Assembly (NCBI GenBank): GCA_038257095.1
Contig: JBBSJQ010000016.1
Location: 30,417-94,416 of the forward strand
DNA length: 64,000 nucleotides
Reading direction: 5' to 3'
Origin: Solirubrobacterales bacterium
GTDB taxonomy: Bacteria; Actinomycetota; Thermoleophilia; Solirubrobacterales; Solirubrobacteraceae
The notes under the pieces were generated by a model. The model saw only the letters and a program-made list of their open reading frames with translations. It was not told where the DNA came from and made no database searches. The stretch's first letter is position 1. Every line of letters begins with the position of its first letter. This document shows, piece after piece, positions 25,610 through 35,325 of the stretch. Position numbers and translations under genes: made by a program.

Positions 25610-27184
25610 CTACGCTGCGTCTGGCGCGAAGAAGCGGGCGGGGCTTCCGGCCTGGTCCGCGTCGGCGACGACCTGCTTGAGCAGCGGTGCGGGCCGATAC
25701 CGGTCGTCTCCGGTGTGCCGCTGGAGCGCCTCGAGCGTCCCGAGGACCCGGTCGACCCCGATGGCGTCCGCCCACGCGAACGGACCGCGGGGGTGGTTCA
25801 GCGCCAGAACCAGCCCGGTGTCGACGTCCTCGTGGCTGCCGACGCCCTCGGTCACGGCGAAGCACGCCTCGTTGACGATCTGGGAGACGATACGTCCGAG
25901 CACGAGCCCGGGGGCATCCCCGACGAGGAGCGTGTGCTTACCCAGGTCGCCGAAGAACCGCTCGAGAACCACGACGAGATCGTCAGGCGTCCCCGGGCGA
26001 CGTGTGAGCTCGACGAGCTTCGCGGCATCGAACGGCGCCAGCGCGTGGAAGCCCACCGCTCTCCCGGTCTCGTCGAGCTCGCGGAGCGAACCGACATCGC
26101 ACAGGACCGCACGAGGGCCGTCAGGCAGAGCGCCGGAGCGGTGGGACCGGCAATCCAGGACCAGGTCGGCACCTCCGTCGCCGACGGCCCAGCCGGCCGC
26201 CGCCGCCGCGTCACGTAGGGCATCGGCGAGCGCGCCGTCGCCGACGACGGCGACTCGACCTCCCTGGCCGCTCGACTCCGGAGCCGGCGGATCGGCCGGG
26301 CGATGGTCTCCGTCGCGGTAGTCGTAATAGCCGCGCTGGGACTTCCGTCCGTGCTTGCCGGCCGCGACATATCGCTCCGCGATCGGCGAGGGCCGCCACC
26401 GAGGCTCGCCGAAGCTCTGGTCGTAGAAGCTCTTCGCGACCTCGAGCCCGACGTCGATGCCAACGAGATCCGAGAGCTCGAAGGGTCCCATGCGGAACCC
26501 TCCTCCCAGACGCATCGCCTTGTCGATGTCCTCGATGCTCGCGAGCCCGTCGGAGAGTGACTTGAGCGCCTCGAGCAGGTACGGGCGGTTGGTGCGGTTG
26601 ACGATGAAGCCGGGACCGTCCTTGGCGATGATCACGGACTTGCCCATGGCCTCGCCCGTCGCCGCGGTCACGGCGAGCGCGTCTGCGTTCGTGTCCTCCC
26701 CCGCGACGACCTCGAGGAGACGCATCACGGGCGGCGGGTTGAAGAAGTGCATACCGGCGACGCGCCCGGGATGAGCCGAACCGGCGGCGATGGCGGCGAC
26801 GAGCAGCGACGAGGTGTTGGTCGCGATCACGCACGTGGAGCTGACGATTGCGTCGAGCGACGCGACCAGATCGCGCTTCATGGGTAGCGACTCCGGGATG
26901 GCCTCTACGACCAGCTCGCACGCCGCGAGTGCGGCGAGATCGGAGACCAGCTCGAGTCGCCCGTACGCCGCGTCGGCCTCGGACGCCTCGAGCTTCCCCT
27001 TCCCCACGAGCTTGTCGAAGTCGGCCCGCATTCGGGTCGAGGCACGCTCCCCCGTCGCGACGTCCGCGTCGAACAGCAGCGTCCGGGCGCCCGAGCGACA
27101 TGCGAGCTGCGCAATCCCCGCGCCCATCGTTCCGGCGCCGATGACGCCTACGACCTGCGCGGGAGCAGCAGTTTGGTCAGTCAT
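25610..27184 (-). CDS. 3-hydroxyacyl-CoA dehydrogenase, long form with extra C-terminal domain (PaaH-like architecture)
   Basis: VGVIGAGTMGAGIAQ, HFFNPPPVM, PGFIVNRTNRPYL. ATG 27184 preferred over TTG 27190. Confidence 0.85.
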   Translation of the reverse strand: MTDQTAAPAQVVGVIGAGTMGAGIAQLACRSGARTLLFDADVATGERASTRMRADFDKLVGKGKLEASEADAAYGRLELVSDLAALAACELVVEAIPESLPMKRDLVASLDAIVSSTCVIATNTSSLLVAAIAAGSAHPGRVAGMHFFNPPPVMRLLEVVAGEDTNADALAVTAATGEAMGKSVIIAKDGPGFIVNRTNRPYLLEALKSLSDGLASIEDIDKAMRLGGGFRMGPFELSDLVGIDVGLEVAKSFYDQSFGEPRWRPSPIAERYVAAGKHGRKSQRGYYDYRDGDHRPADPPAPESSGQGGRVAVVGDGALADALRDAAAAAGWAVGDGGADLVLDCRSHRSGALPDGPRAVLCDVGSLRELDETGRAVGFHALAPFDAAKLVELTRRPGTPDDLVVVLERFFGDLGKHTLLVGDAPGLVLGRIVSQIVNEACFAVTEGVGSHEDVDTGLVLALNHPRGPFAWADAIGVDRVLGTLEALQRHTGDDRYRPAPLLKQVVADADQAGSPARFFAPDAA

Positions 27185-27186
27185 GC

Positions 27187-27960
27187 TCAACGCCCCTTCC
27201 AGACGGGGTCGCGACGCTCGGCGAAGGACACGGCACCTTCGCGCGCATCCTCCGACCCGGTCACGGGAGCGACGATTGTCGCCTGGTTCTCCCAGAACGC
27301 AGCGGTGTCCCAGTCGTGCACGCTCTTGAGGACCTCCTTGGAGGCGACCAGTGCGAGCGGGCCGTTGATCGAGATCGCCGCGGCCAGCGCAAGGGCGGCC
27401 TCAAGCGCTCCGCCCGGCTCGGCGACCTCATCGATTAGGCCGATCTCCGACGCCTTCTCCGCGCTGATGAGGTCGCCGGTCAGCACCAGGCGCATGGCGG
27501 CACCGTAGGACACACGCTGCGGAAGCCGCAGCAGCGCGCCCCCGGCCGCGACCAGCGACCGCTTGACCTCCGGGACGCCGAGCTTCGCGTCTTTGGACGC
27601 CACGATCAGGTCCGCGGCGAGCGCGATTTCCAGGCCGCCGGCAACCGCGAAGCCCTCGATCGCCGCGATGAGCGGCTTGCGCGGGGGCTGTTCGACGATC
27701 CCTGCAAAGCCGCGGCCATCGATCCACGGGCGCTTCCCTCCTGCGGCGAAGGCCTTGAGGTCCATACCGGCGCAGAACCCCTTGCCGTTACCGGCCAGGA
27801 CGCCGACCGAGAGGCTCGGATCGTCATCGAGCTCGGTGATCGCTGCGGCCAGCGCCTCGGCGAGCTCGTAGTTGACAGCGTTGCGCTGTTCGGGACGGTT
27901 GAGCGTGATGACGAGCACGCTGTCGCGGCGCTCCGTCAGGATGGGGGCTTCCGGTGTCAT
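27187..27960 (-). CDS. Enoyl-CoA hydratase
   Basis: ITLNRPEQRNAV, GNGKGFCAGMDLK. ATG 27960 behind AGGAGAC; the track ORF N-terminus is an artefact. Confidence 0.9.
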   Translation of the reverse strand: MTPEAPILTERRDSVLVITLNRPEQRNAVNYELAEALAAAITELDDDPSLSVGVLAGNGKGFCAGMDLKAFAAGGKRPWIDGRGFAGIVEQPPRKPLIAAIEGFAVAGGLEIALAADLIVASKDAKLGVPEVKRSLVAAGGALLRLPQRVSYGAAMRLVLTGDLISAEKASEIGLIDEVAEPGGALEAALALAAAISINGPLALVASKEVLKSVHDWDTAAFWENQATIVAPVTGSEDAREGAVSFAERRDPVWKGR

Positions 27961-27979
27961 CGGGTCTCCTGTTCGTGAA

Positions 27980-28780
27980 TCAGTTGCCGGTGAAGACCGG
28001 CATGCGGCGCTCGGCGAACGCCTTGACCGCCTCGGCGAAGTCGGTGGACTCCGCCCGGCGTTGCTGCTCGACGGCCTCGGCTTCGAGGACCTTGGCGAGG
28101 GGTAGTGCCCCTGCTTCCGACTGAAGCCGCTTGGTGGCGGCGAGCCCGGCGGGCGCTCCGGCCGCCAGGCGGGACGCGAGCGCCCCCACCTTCTCGGTGA
28201 GCTCACCGTCGGGGTGCACCCGGTTGGCAAGGCCCCATCGCAACGCCATGTCGGCGTCGACGCGCTCTCCGAGGAGCAGCATCTCTGACGCGCGCGCGTA
28301 CCCGATGCGCTCGGGAAGCAACTGCGAGACGCCGCCGTCCGGGCCCAGCCCCAGCTTCGCGAAGGACAGCTGCAGGAAGGCGCTCTGCGCGAGCACGATG
28401 AGATCGCAGGCGACGGCGATCGAGCACCCCATGCCGATGGCCGGGCCGTTTACCGCCGCGATCACCGGCTTAGGCATCTCGCGCAGCGCGAGGATCAGCG
28501 GGACGTAGCGCTCGCGGATCCGACGACCAAGATCGGGGTAGCCCTCCGCGGTCACCGTGCGTTTGCCCTTGAGGTCTGCGCCTGCGCAGAACGCGCGGCC
28601 GGCACCGGTCAGCACGACTGCCCGCACCTCCGGGTCCTCGGCGACCGCAAGCACCGCGTCGCGGAGACCGATCCCGAGATCGTCGTTCAGCGCGTTGAGC
28701 GCGTCTGGCCGGTTCAGGACGATCGTGGCGACGGCCCCGTCGCGCCGGACGAGAACCGCCCCGTCGTCGGCTGCGCTCAC
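27980..28780 (-). CDS. Enoyl-CoA hydratase
   Basis: IVLNRPDALNAL, LTGAGRAFCAGADLK. GTGA overlap with the thiolase stop. Confidence 0.9.
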   Translation of the reverse strand: MSAADDGAVLVRRDGAVATIVLNRPDALNALNDDLGIGLRDAVLAVAEDPEVRAVVLTGAGRAFCAGADLKGKRTVTAEGYPDLGRRIRERYVPLILALREMPKPVIAAVNGPAIGMGCSIAVACDLIVLAQSAFLQLSFAKLGLGPDGGVSQLLPERIGYARASEMLLLGERVDADMALRWGLANRVHPDGELTEKVGALASRLAAGAPAGLAATKRLQSEAGALPLAKVLEAEAVEQQRRAESTDFAEAVKAFAERRMPVFTGN

Positions 28781-29964
28781 CCGAGCTCACCGCCGACGAT
28801 GGATACGAACGAGACGCAGCCCCCGGGCCGTCCGCCGAGGTTGTGCGTCAGCCCGAGCTTGGGGTTCTCTAGCTGGCGGTCGCCAGCCTCACCTCGAAGC
28901 TGCAACCAGCACTCGAGGAGCATGCGCAGCCCGGTCGCCCCGATCGGGTGACCGAACGACTTGAGCCCGCCGTCAGGGTTGATCGGGAGGTCGCCGTCGA
29001 GGTCGAAGCGACCTGCCAGCACGTCCTTCCATCCTTCGCCGCGCTCGGAGAACCCGAGGTCCTCCATCAGGACGAGCTCGGTCGGCGTAAAGCAGTCGTG
29101 GACCTCCGCCATCGAGATCTCGGTACGCGGGTCGGTGATGCCCGCTTGGCCGTAGGCGTCCTGCGCGCATCGTGTGACCTCGCGGAACGTCGTGTAGTCG
29201 TACGTCGGGTCCATCGGACCGTCAGCAGGACCGGCGACGAACGACAGCGCCTTGACGTAGATGGGCGAATCGGTGTACTTGTGCGCGTCCTCGGCCCGGA
29301 CGATCAACGCGCACGCCGCACCATCCGAGACCCCGGAGCAGTCGAAGATCCCGAGCTGCCCCGCGATGAGCGGCGAATTGGTGATTGTCTCCTTCGCGAC
29401 CTCCTTCTGGAACTGCGCTCGGCCGTTCTTCGCTCCGTTGACGTGGTTCTTGTAGGCGATGTGCGTCATCACTTCGCGCATCGTGGCCTCGTCGACCCCG
29501 AAGCGGTCGCAGTACGCCGGCGCGAGGAGGGAGAACACCGCGGGAGCAGAGAGCTCCGGGTTCGTCCCGTCCCCGGCGGGTGCAGGAACGACGAGACCGG
29601 AGAAGCCTGAGTCCTTCAGCTTCTCGACGCCGAGCGCCATCACGCAGTCGTACGCCCCGGACGCGACGGCGTAGCACGCGTTGCGCACGGCTTCGGACCC
29701 CGTCGAGCAGTAGTTCTCGACCCGGGTCACGGGCTTGTAGTCGAGCTTGAGCGGACGGCTGAGCGTCAGACCGGAGACGCCTGAGCCCATGGTCCCGAGC
29801 CAGTACGCATCGATGTCATCGACGGTCGCTCCCGGGGTGGACGCCAGACATTCCTTGAACGCGTCGACGATCAGGTCGTCGCTCGATCGGTCCCAGTGCT
29901 CGCCGAACGGCGTGCAGCCCATTCCGACGATTGCGACGCGGTCGCGAATCCCGTGGCTCGCCAT
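28777..29964 (-). CDS. SCP2-type (Ltp-like) thiolase with intact Cys nucleophile
   Basis: ENYCSTGSEAV, HDCF, GGLKSFGHPIGATG. ATG 29964 is 2 nt after the upstream stop. Confidence 0.85.
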   Translation of the reverse strand: MASHGIRDRVAIVGMGCTPFGEHWDRSSDDLIVDAFKECLASTPGATVDDIDAYWLGTMGSGVSGLTLSRPLKLDYKPVTRVENYCSTGSEAVRNACYAVASGAYDCVMALGVEKLKDSGFSGLVVPAPAGDGTNPELSAPAVFSLLAPAYCDRFGVDEATMREVMTHIAYKNHVNGAKNGRAQFQKEVAKETITNSPLIAGQLGIFDCSGVSDGAACALIVRAEDAHKYTDSPIYVKALSFVAGPADGPMDPTYDYTTFREVTRCAQDAYGQAGITDPRTEISMAEVHDCFTPTELVLMEDLGFSERGEGWKDVLAGRFDLDGDLPINPDGGLKSFGHPIGATGLRMLLECWLQLRGEAGDRQLENPKLGLTHNLGGRPGGCVSFVSIVGGELG

Positions 29965-29966
29965 GT

Positions 29967-31358
29967 CTAGACCTCGTCCTTCGGCTCGGTCCCGGAGTGC
30001 GCTACCCGAGCTTTCCAGAAGTAGTTGTGAACGCCGTGCGCCGTGTAGAGGCGTCGGAAGGTCATCTCCATTCGCGTGCCGATCGCGACATCGGCCGGGT
30101 CGGCGTCGGTCGCCTGACAGATCAGCCGGCCACCCCCGTCGAGGTCCAGCACGATGTTGATCACGGGTGGCGAGAGCGAGAACGCCAACCGGTCCACCGT
30201 GAAGGTTGCGACGGTCCCGAGTTGCTCCGCGAGGCGGACCGGCTCCATCTCGTCGACCGTGCGGCAGTTCGAGCACACGCGCTGCGCCGGCATATGCACG
30301 TGTGAGCACGCAGTGCAGCGGCTCCCGACCAGGCCGAACTTCCACTCCTGGGACCGGGCCGATGGCGGCCCGGCGGGACGGTCGGGCTCCGGGCGACGCG
30401 GCGGCTCCCTCTCGAGCATGCCGCGCCATGTCAGATACGTGCCGTACGGGATGTCGCGGAGCGCAGGCTCCTCCGCGCGAGCCGCTGCCGCACGGTCCGT
30501 GCAACGCAGCAGGATCGCGTCACACCCGTCGGCGGCGACCACCAGGAGGATGGTCTGACCGGGCTCCGCCTCATCGAGGGCGGCGGCGAGGAGCAGCCCG
30601 GGATCGGCGGCGCCGGTGTAGCCCACGCCCGGATGACGTTCGACGGAAGTCGTGCCGCCGAGGCGACGAGCGGCGCTCCTCGCGGTCCTCAGGTGTGGCG
30701 AGCTGACCACGACGTGGTCAGCCTGCTCCACGCCGGCGGCGACGAGGCAGCGCGCGGCCACGTCCTTCACCATCGGTCCGTAGATCTCCGCGCCGAAGCG
30801 TTCCTCCCAGAGCGCACTGGTCGACGTTCCAGGAGCCCGCCAGCGGTCCAGGAACTCCGAGGTCGCGGACGCCTCCCCGATGATCTCCGCGACCGCTGCG
30901 GACGGCTCGCCGAAGACGAACGCGGCCGCGCCGTCTCCGCCGTCGCGCTCGTCTCCTGAGCCCGGGAGGCCGGTCCGCATGTCCGCCAGCACGACCAGTC
31001 CGCCCGAGGCGCTGCCGGCGCGGAGCGCGCCGACGGTCCCGCGGACGGAACCCGCCAAGTCGACGGCGAACGCCTCGTGCGGGAGGTTGAGTGCCGCGTG
31101 GATCGCCGACGCGTTGGTCTTGTCGGTATAGGCGGGCGCCGTCGTGGCGAAGTACAGGTTCGGCTCCGGAGTGGTGCCGGCGAGGGCGCGACGGGCGGCC
31201 TCGACCCCCATGGTCGTGGTGTCCTCGTCATACGAGGCAACCGAGCGGGAGCCCTTGAGCGTGCCGCTCCCGAGGACGGCGGCCACGTCGGACCGAGAGA
31301 GCCGACCACGAGGGACGTACGTCCCGTAGCCGACGATGGCTGCGCGCGGACTAGGCAT
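29967..31358 (-). CDS. Fusion protein: HMG-CoA-synthase/KAS-III-like thiolase-fold domain (no canonical Cys) + C-terminal DUF35 Zn-ribbon/OB domain
   Basis: IVGYGTYVPRGRL, SYDEDTTTMGVEAARRAL (HMGS-like). First Cys only at about residue 204. C-terminal CTACSHVHMPAQRVCSNC plus OB segment. ATG 31358 overlaps the upstream stop by 8 nt. Confidence 0.7.
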   Translation of the reverse strand: MPSPRAAIVGYGTYVPRGRLSRSDVAAVLGSGTLKGSRSVASYDEDTTTMGVEAARRALAGTTPEPNLYFATTAPAYTDKTNASAIHAALNLPHEAFAVDLAGSVRGTVGALRAGSASGGLVVLADMRTGLPGSGDERDGGDGAAAFVFGEPSAAVAEIIGEASATSEFLDRWRAPGTSTSALWEERFGAEIYGPMVKDVAARCLVAAGVEQADHVVVSSPHLRTARSAARRLGGTTSVERHPGVGYTGAADPGLLLAAALDEAEPGQTILLVVAADGCDAILLRCTDRAAAARAEEPALRDIPYGTYLTWRGMLEREPPRRPEPDRPAGPPSARSQEWKFGLVGSRCTACSHVHMPAQRVCSNCRTVDEMEPVRLAEQLGTVATFTVDRLAFSLSPPVINIVLDLDGGGRLICQATDADPADVAIGTRMEMTFRRLYTAHGVHNYFWKARVAHSGTEPKDEV

Positions 31359-32520
31359 CCGCGGAGAGGACGACGGTGACGTGTGAGGAGAGAATGCCGC
31401 CCTCGACATGAACCAGCGCGTTCTTGGTCCCTTCGACCTGTCGACGGCCGCACTCGCCGCGGATCTGCCGGGCCCCCTCGACGAGATCGAAGAGTCCGCC
31501 TGCCGCTCCGGCGTGTGCATGCGACAGCATGCCGCCATGGGTGTTCACTGGGAGCTGCCCGCCGAGGCGGGCGTGCCCGGCCTCGAAGAACGCTCCGCCC
31601 TCCCCCGGGCCGACGAAGCCCAGGTCCTCCAGCTCGATGATCGGGACGATGGTGAAGCAGTCGTAAAGCAACGCTACGTCAATGTCGTCGGTCGTCAGCT
31701 CGGCCATGGCCAACGCATCGCGACCTGAGTCCCGAGCCCCGGTGTGGGTCAGGGACTTGGCCATGACTAGGTGCTCGTGCGTGTGCTTCTCGCCGATGCC
31801 GCGGACGTAGACCGGCTGCTTGGCGAGCTGCTCCGCTCGCTCGGTCGAGGTCACGATCAGCGCCCCGCCCGCGTCGGAGATCAGGCAGCAGTCGAGCATG
31901 TGCAGCGGCTCGCTGATCATCTTCGAGGACAAGACGTCCTCGACGGTGATGGGCGTCTGCATGTGGGCGTTCTCGTTCAACGAGGCGTGATGTCGACAGG
32001 TGACGGCGACCGACGCCATCTGCTCGCTCGTGGTCCCGTACTCGTGCATGTGACGCTGCGCGACCATGCCGTAGATGCCCGGCAGCGGCGGTCCGTAGGG
32101 GTTCTCGTACTGGGGATGCCCGACCCCGGTCAAGCGCTTGACGGCTTCGTCGCGGCCGATACCGGTCCGTCGGTTCTCGCCGACGACGATCAGCACCGTG
32201 GACGCGGTTCCGGCTGCGATCGCGGTGGCGGCGTGGTGGACCATCGCGCCCGGTGTCGCTCCGCCGACGATCATGGATGAGGAGAACCGAGGCTTGATGC
32301 CGAGGTACTCGCACAGGACGGACCCGAGCATGAAGTAGTCGTCGGTGAAGGAGTACGCGGTGAGGAGGCCGTCGATCTCAGTTCGATCGATGCCGGCATC
32401 CGCGATTGCGTTCATTGCGGCTTCGGCGTTCAGGCCGAGACCGGTGCGGTCCGGGACCTTGCCGATGCGGGACTCGCCGACTCCGGCGATCGCCACCCGG
32501 GAGCGGAGCCTCGCGGTCAT
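31351..32520 (-). CDS. Thiolase-fold protein lacking the nucleophilic Cys (Ltp2-like, possible aldol-lyase)
   Basis: IVGGATPG aligns with NYCSTGS of the neighbouring thiolase. Retains LYDCFT and VNTHGG. ATGA overlap with the DUF35 stop. Confidence 0.75.
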   Translation of the reverse strand: MTARLRSRVAIAGVGESRIGKVPDRTGLGLNAEAAMNAIADAGIDRTEIDGLLTAYSFTDDYFMLGSVLCEYLGIKPRFSSSMIVGGATPGAMVHHAATAIAAGTASTVLIVVGENRRTGIGRDEAVKRLTGVGHPQYENPYGPPLPGIYGMVAQRHMHEYGTTSEQMASVAVTCRHHASLNENAHMQTPITVEDVLSSKMISEPLHMLDCCLISDAGGALIVTSTERAEQLAKQPVYVRGIGEKHTHEHLVMAKSLTHTGARDSGRDALAMAELTTDDIDVALLYDCFTIVPIIELEDLGFVGPGEGGAFFEAGHARLGGQLPVNTHGGMLSHAHAGAAGGLFDLVEGARQIRGECGRRQVEGTKNALVHVEGGILSSHVTVVLSADA

Positions 32521-32933
32521 GCGGCCACCTCCTCGAGCGAGAACTGCGGAAGGCCGATCTCGTCCGTGAGCTTCTCGAACTGGACGGTGACCTTGGAGCC
32601 GATGGAGACGTCGCCAGGCTCGCAATCGAGGATGTTCGCCACGACGCGGACGTCCTCATCGAGTTCGATCAGCGCGACCACATAAGGCACGGCGTCGGCG
32701 AAGGCGGGCGTCGCGGCACGGTGAACGACGGTAAAGGCGTAGACCTCGCCCTTGCCGGAGAGCTCGACCCATCCCGACTTGTCGCTCCAGCACTCGGTGC
32801 AGAGGAGCCGTGGCGGAAATCGCACCACGCCGCAGGCTGAACACTGCTGCGTCTTGAACTCCCCCTGCGCCGCCGCGGCGAAATACGGCCGCGAGTCGGC
32901 ATCGAGTCGGGGGATCGGTCGTTCGACGTTCAC
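32517..32933 (-). CDS. DUF35 protein (Zn-ribbon + OB fold, acyl-CoA-associated)
   Basis: CSACGVVRFPPRLLCTEC, then GEVYAFTVVH...VVALIELDE OB segment; 138 aa. Confidence 0.85.
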   Translation of the reverse strand: MNVERPIPRLDADSRPYFAAAAQGEFKTQQCSACGVVRFPPRLLCTECWSDKSGWVELSGKGEVYAFTVVHRAATPAFADAVPYVVALIELDEDVRVVANILDCEPGDVSIGSKVTVQFEKLTDEIGLPQFSLEEVAA

Positions 32934-32955
32934 TCTAGGCTCCCGGTTCGGTCAG

Positions 32956-32972
32956 ATACTGTGCGACAACCA
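32956..32972. promoter_or_regulatory. Operator candidate O4 ATACTGTGCGACAACCA (degenerate, tandem with O5)
   Basis: Shares one nt with O5; centres are 16 bp apart. Confidence 0.4.
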
Positions 32973-32988
32973 TAATGTCGGACAGTAT
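32972..32988. promoter_or_regulatory. Operator candidate O5 ATAATGTCGGACAGTAT
   Basis: In the 65-nt gap upstream of the DUF35 gene. Confidence 0.6.
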
Positions 32989-32998
32989 AAGGGAGAGG

Positions 32999-34147
32999 CT
33001 ACACGTCGCCGGACGCCAGCGCCTTCGCGATGATGTTGCGCTGGATCTCGTTGGTCCCGGCGACGATTTCGTTGAGTTTGGATTCGCGCCAGTACCGTTC
33101 CATCCCGTACTCGACCATGTACGAGTAGCCGCCGAGGATCTGCATCCCCCGGCTCGCGCATCGAGTCCCGACCTCGGAGCCCGCGACCTTCGCCATCGAG
33201 GCGTCCGCGTGGCAGGGAAGCCCACGCTCGAGCTTCCACGCGGCACGGAAGACCAGAAGCCGAGCCTGCTCGATCTCGATCACCATGTCGGAGAGCATGT
33301 GGGCGACGGCCTGCTGCTCGATGATCGGCTTGCCGAACTGGACACGCTCCTTCGCGTAGCCCAGCGCCAGGTCGAGGACACCCTGTGCGAGCCCGACACT
33401 CTGCGCGCCGTTCGTGATTCGCTCGTGGTCCAGGACGCCGATCACAGCGGCCATGCCGCGGTTGACCTCGCCAACCGTGTTGGCCACCGGCACCCGCACC
33501 TCGTCGAGGAAGACCTCACACGAATGGGTCCCCTGACCCGCGAGCTTCTTCAGCGGCTGAACGGTCACGCCGTCGGCGCCGCGCGGGACGAGGATGACCG
33601 TCATGCCTCGCGACGGTGAGGCGTCGGGATCCGTCCGGGTGAACACGAACAGGTAATCCGCGACGTCCGCCCCGGTGACGAACACCTTCTGCCCGCTGAT
33701 CACCCACTTCTCGCCTTCCTGGCGCGCGCGTGTCGACAGCCCGGTGAGGTCTGATCCGGCGCTCGGCTCACTGAGGGCTAGCCCGAAGCGCAGATCTCCT
33801 GCGGCCACCGCGGGCAGAAGCGCCTTGCGCTGCTCCTTGCTCCCGAGGAGCGAGATCGAGCGGGAGCAGGTGAGCGTCGGCATGAGGGCGTAGAGCAGCG
33901 AGGCGCTCGCGCGCCCCACCTCCTCGACCGCGACCACCAGCATGAGGTCGCTTGCGCCGCTCCCCCCGTAGTCCTCGCCGAAAGCCATCCCGGTCAGACC
34001 GAGGTCGGCCATACCCGCGTACAACTCGTCCACGGGTCGTGTACCGGCGTCCAGCTCTGCCACCACGTCGATCGGCGCCTCACGCTCGAAGAAGCGGCGG
34101 AGCGTCGCGCGGAAGTCGACGAGTTCGTCGTCAAGCTCGAAGTTCAT
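32999..34147 (-). CDS. Acyl-CoA dehydrogenase
   Basis: LSEPSAGSDLTG, QFGKPI, YWRESKLNEIVAGTNEIQ. Confidence 0.9.
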   Translation of the reverse strand: MNFELDDELVDFRATLRRFFEREAPIDVVAELDAGTRPVDELYAGMADLGLTGMAFGEDYGGSGASDLMLVVAVEEVGRASASLLYALMPTLTCSRSISLLGSKEQRKALLPAVAAGDLRFGLALSEPSAGSDLTGLSTRARQEGEKWVISGQKVFVTGADVADYLFVFTRTDPDASPSRGMTVILVPRGADGVTVQPLKKLAGQGTHSCEVFLDEVRVPVANTVGEVNRGMAAVIGVLDHERITNGAQSVGLAQGVLDLALGYAKERVQFGKPIIEQQAVAHMLSDMVIEIEQARLLVFRAAWKLERGLPCHADASMAKVAGSEVGTRCASRGMQILGGYSYMVEYGMERYWRESKLNEIVAGTNEIQRNIIAKALASGDV

Positions 34148-34158
34148 CTGAGGTCCTT

Positions 34159-35325
34159 TCAGGTGCTGCGGAGGTCGCGGAAGAAGGCGCGGAGGTCATC
34201 GACGAGCAGCTGTGGTTGCTCGAGCGCTGGGAAGTGGCCGCCGCGGGGCATGTCGGTCCAGCGAACGATGTCGTAGACACGCTCGGCCCACTCCCGTGGC
34301 GGTGACACGATCTCCTTCGGGAACGCGGCGACGCCGGTCGGGACCGTGATGCGCGCACCTTGCGCCATCCGCCACGGGTTGTGGCGCTCCTCGTAGTAGA
34401 GCCGAGCCGCGGACAACGCCGACTGCGTGTGCCAGTAGATGGAGATGTTGGTCAGTAGGTCGTCGCGACTGATGCACTGCTCGAGATCGCCCTCGGAGTC
34501 CGTCCAGCGCTGGAACTTCTCGAGGATCCAAGAGGCCAGACCGACGGGCGAGTCGTTGAGGGCGAAGCCGAGCGTCTGCGGCTTCGTGCCCTGCAGTTCG
34601 TAATACGCCATCTCCGTGCGCTGCCACTTGCCCATGGTTTTCATCCAGGCGCTCTCCGCCTCGGAGAGCTCCGCGCGGTCCTTCGGGTGCGGGGAGACGC
34701 CCACGAGGTTGAGATGCAGTCCGACGACGTGGTCGGGCTCGTCGAAGGCAACCCGGGACGCGACCATGTTCGCCCAGTCGCCGCCGTGCGCGCCGTACCG
34801 GTCGTAACCGAGGACCTCGGTCATCAGCCGGTGCGCGAGCCGCCCGATGCGGGCGACGTTGACGCCGCGCTCGCCCGTCGCCGGCGAGAACCCGTAGCCC
34901 GGGAGCGAGAGGAGGACGACGTCGAAGGCGTCGGTCGGATCCCCGCCGAACCGGCCCGGATCAGCGAGCGGCTCGATCACGTGCAGCATCTCGGTGTGGC
35001 TGCTGGGCCACCCGTGACTCAGCAGGAGCGGGAGCGACGACGGCCCGTTGCCCTTGAGGTGGACGTAATGCAGTGTCTGGCCGTCGATCTCGACCGTGAA
35101 CTGCGGGTGAGAGTTCAAGCGACCCTCGGCTGCCCGCCAGTCGTACCCATCGCGCCAGTGGTCAACGAGCGCGCGGAGGGCGTCCACGTCGGTGCCGTAG
35201 TCGGATCCCGCATCCGCGATCGTCTCAGGCCACCGCGTCGCCTCGAGCCGGCGTGCGAGATCGGCGAGGTCGGCGTCCGGGATGTCGACGCGGAACGGTC
35301 GCGGAGCGGCACCCCGCGCAGTCAT
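34159..35325 (-). CDS. Epoxide hydrolase (EH N-terminal domain + alpha/beta hydrolase)
   Basis: FRVDIPDADLADLARRLEATRWPE, LLLSHGWPSS (HGWP motif). Confidence 0.85.
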   Translation of the reverse strand: MTARGAAPRPFRVDIPDADLADLARRLEATRWPETIADAGSDYGTDVDALRALVDHWRDGYDWRAAEGRLNSHPQFTVEIDGQTLHYVHLKGNGPSSLPLLLSHGWPSSHTEMLHVIEPLADPGRFGGDPTDAFDVVLLSLPGYGFSPATGERGVNVARIGRLAHRLMTEVLGYDRYGAHGGDWANMVASRVAFDEPDHVVGLHLNLVGVSPHPKDRAELSEAESAWMKTMGKWQRTEMAYYELQGTKPQTLGFALNDSPVGLASWILEKFQRWTDSEGDLEQCISRDDLLTNISIYWHTQSALSAARLYYEERHNPWRMAQGARITVPTGVAAFPKEIVSPPREWAERVYDIVRWTDMPRGGHFPALEQPQLLVDDLRAFFRDLRST

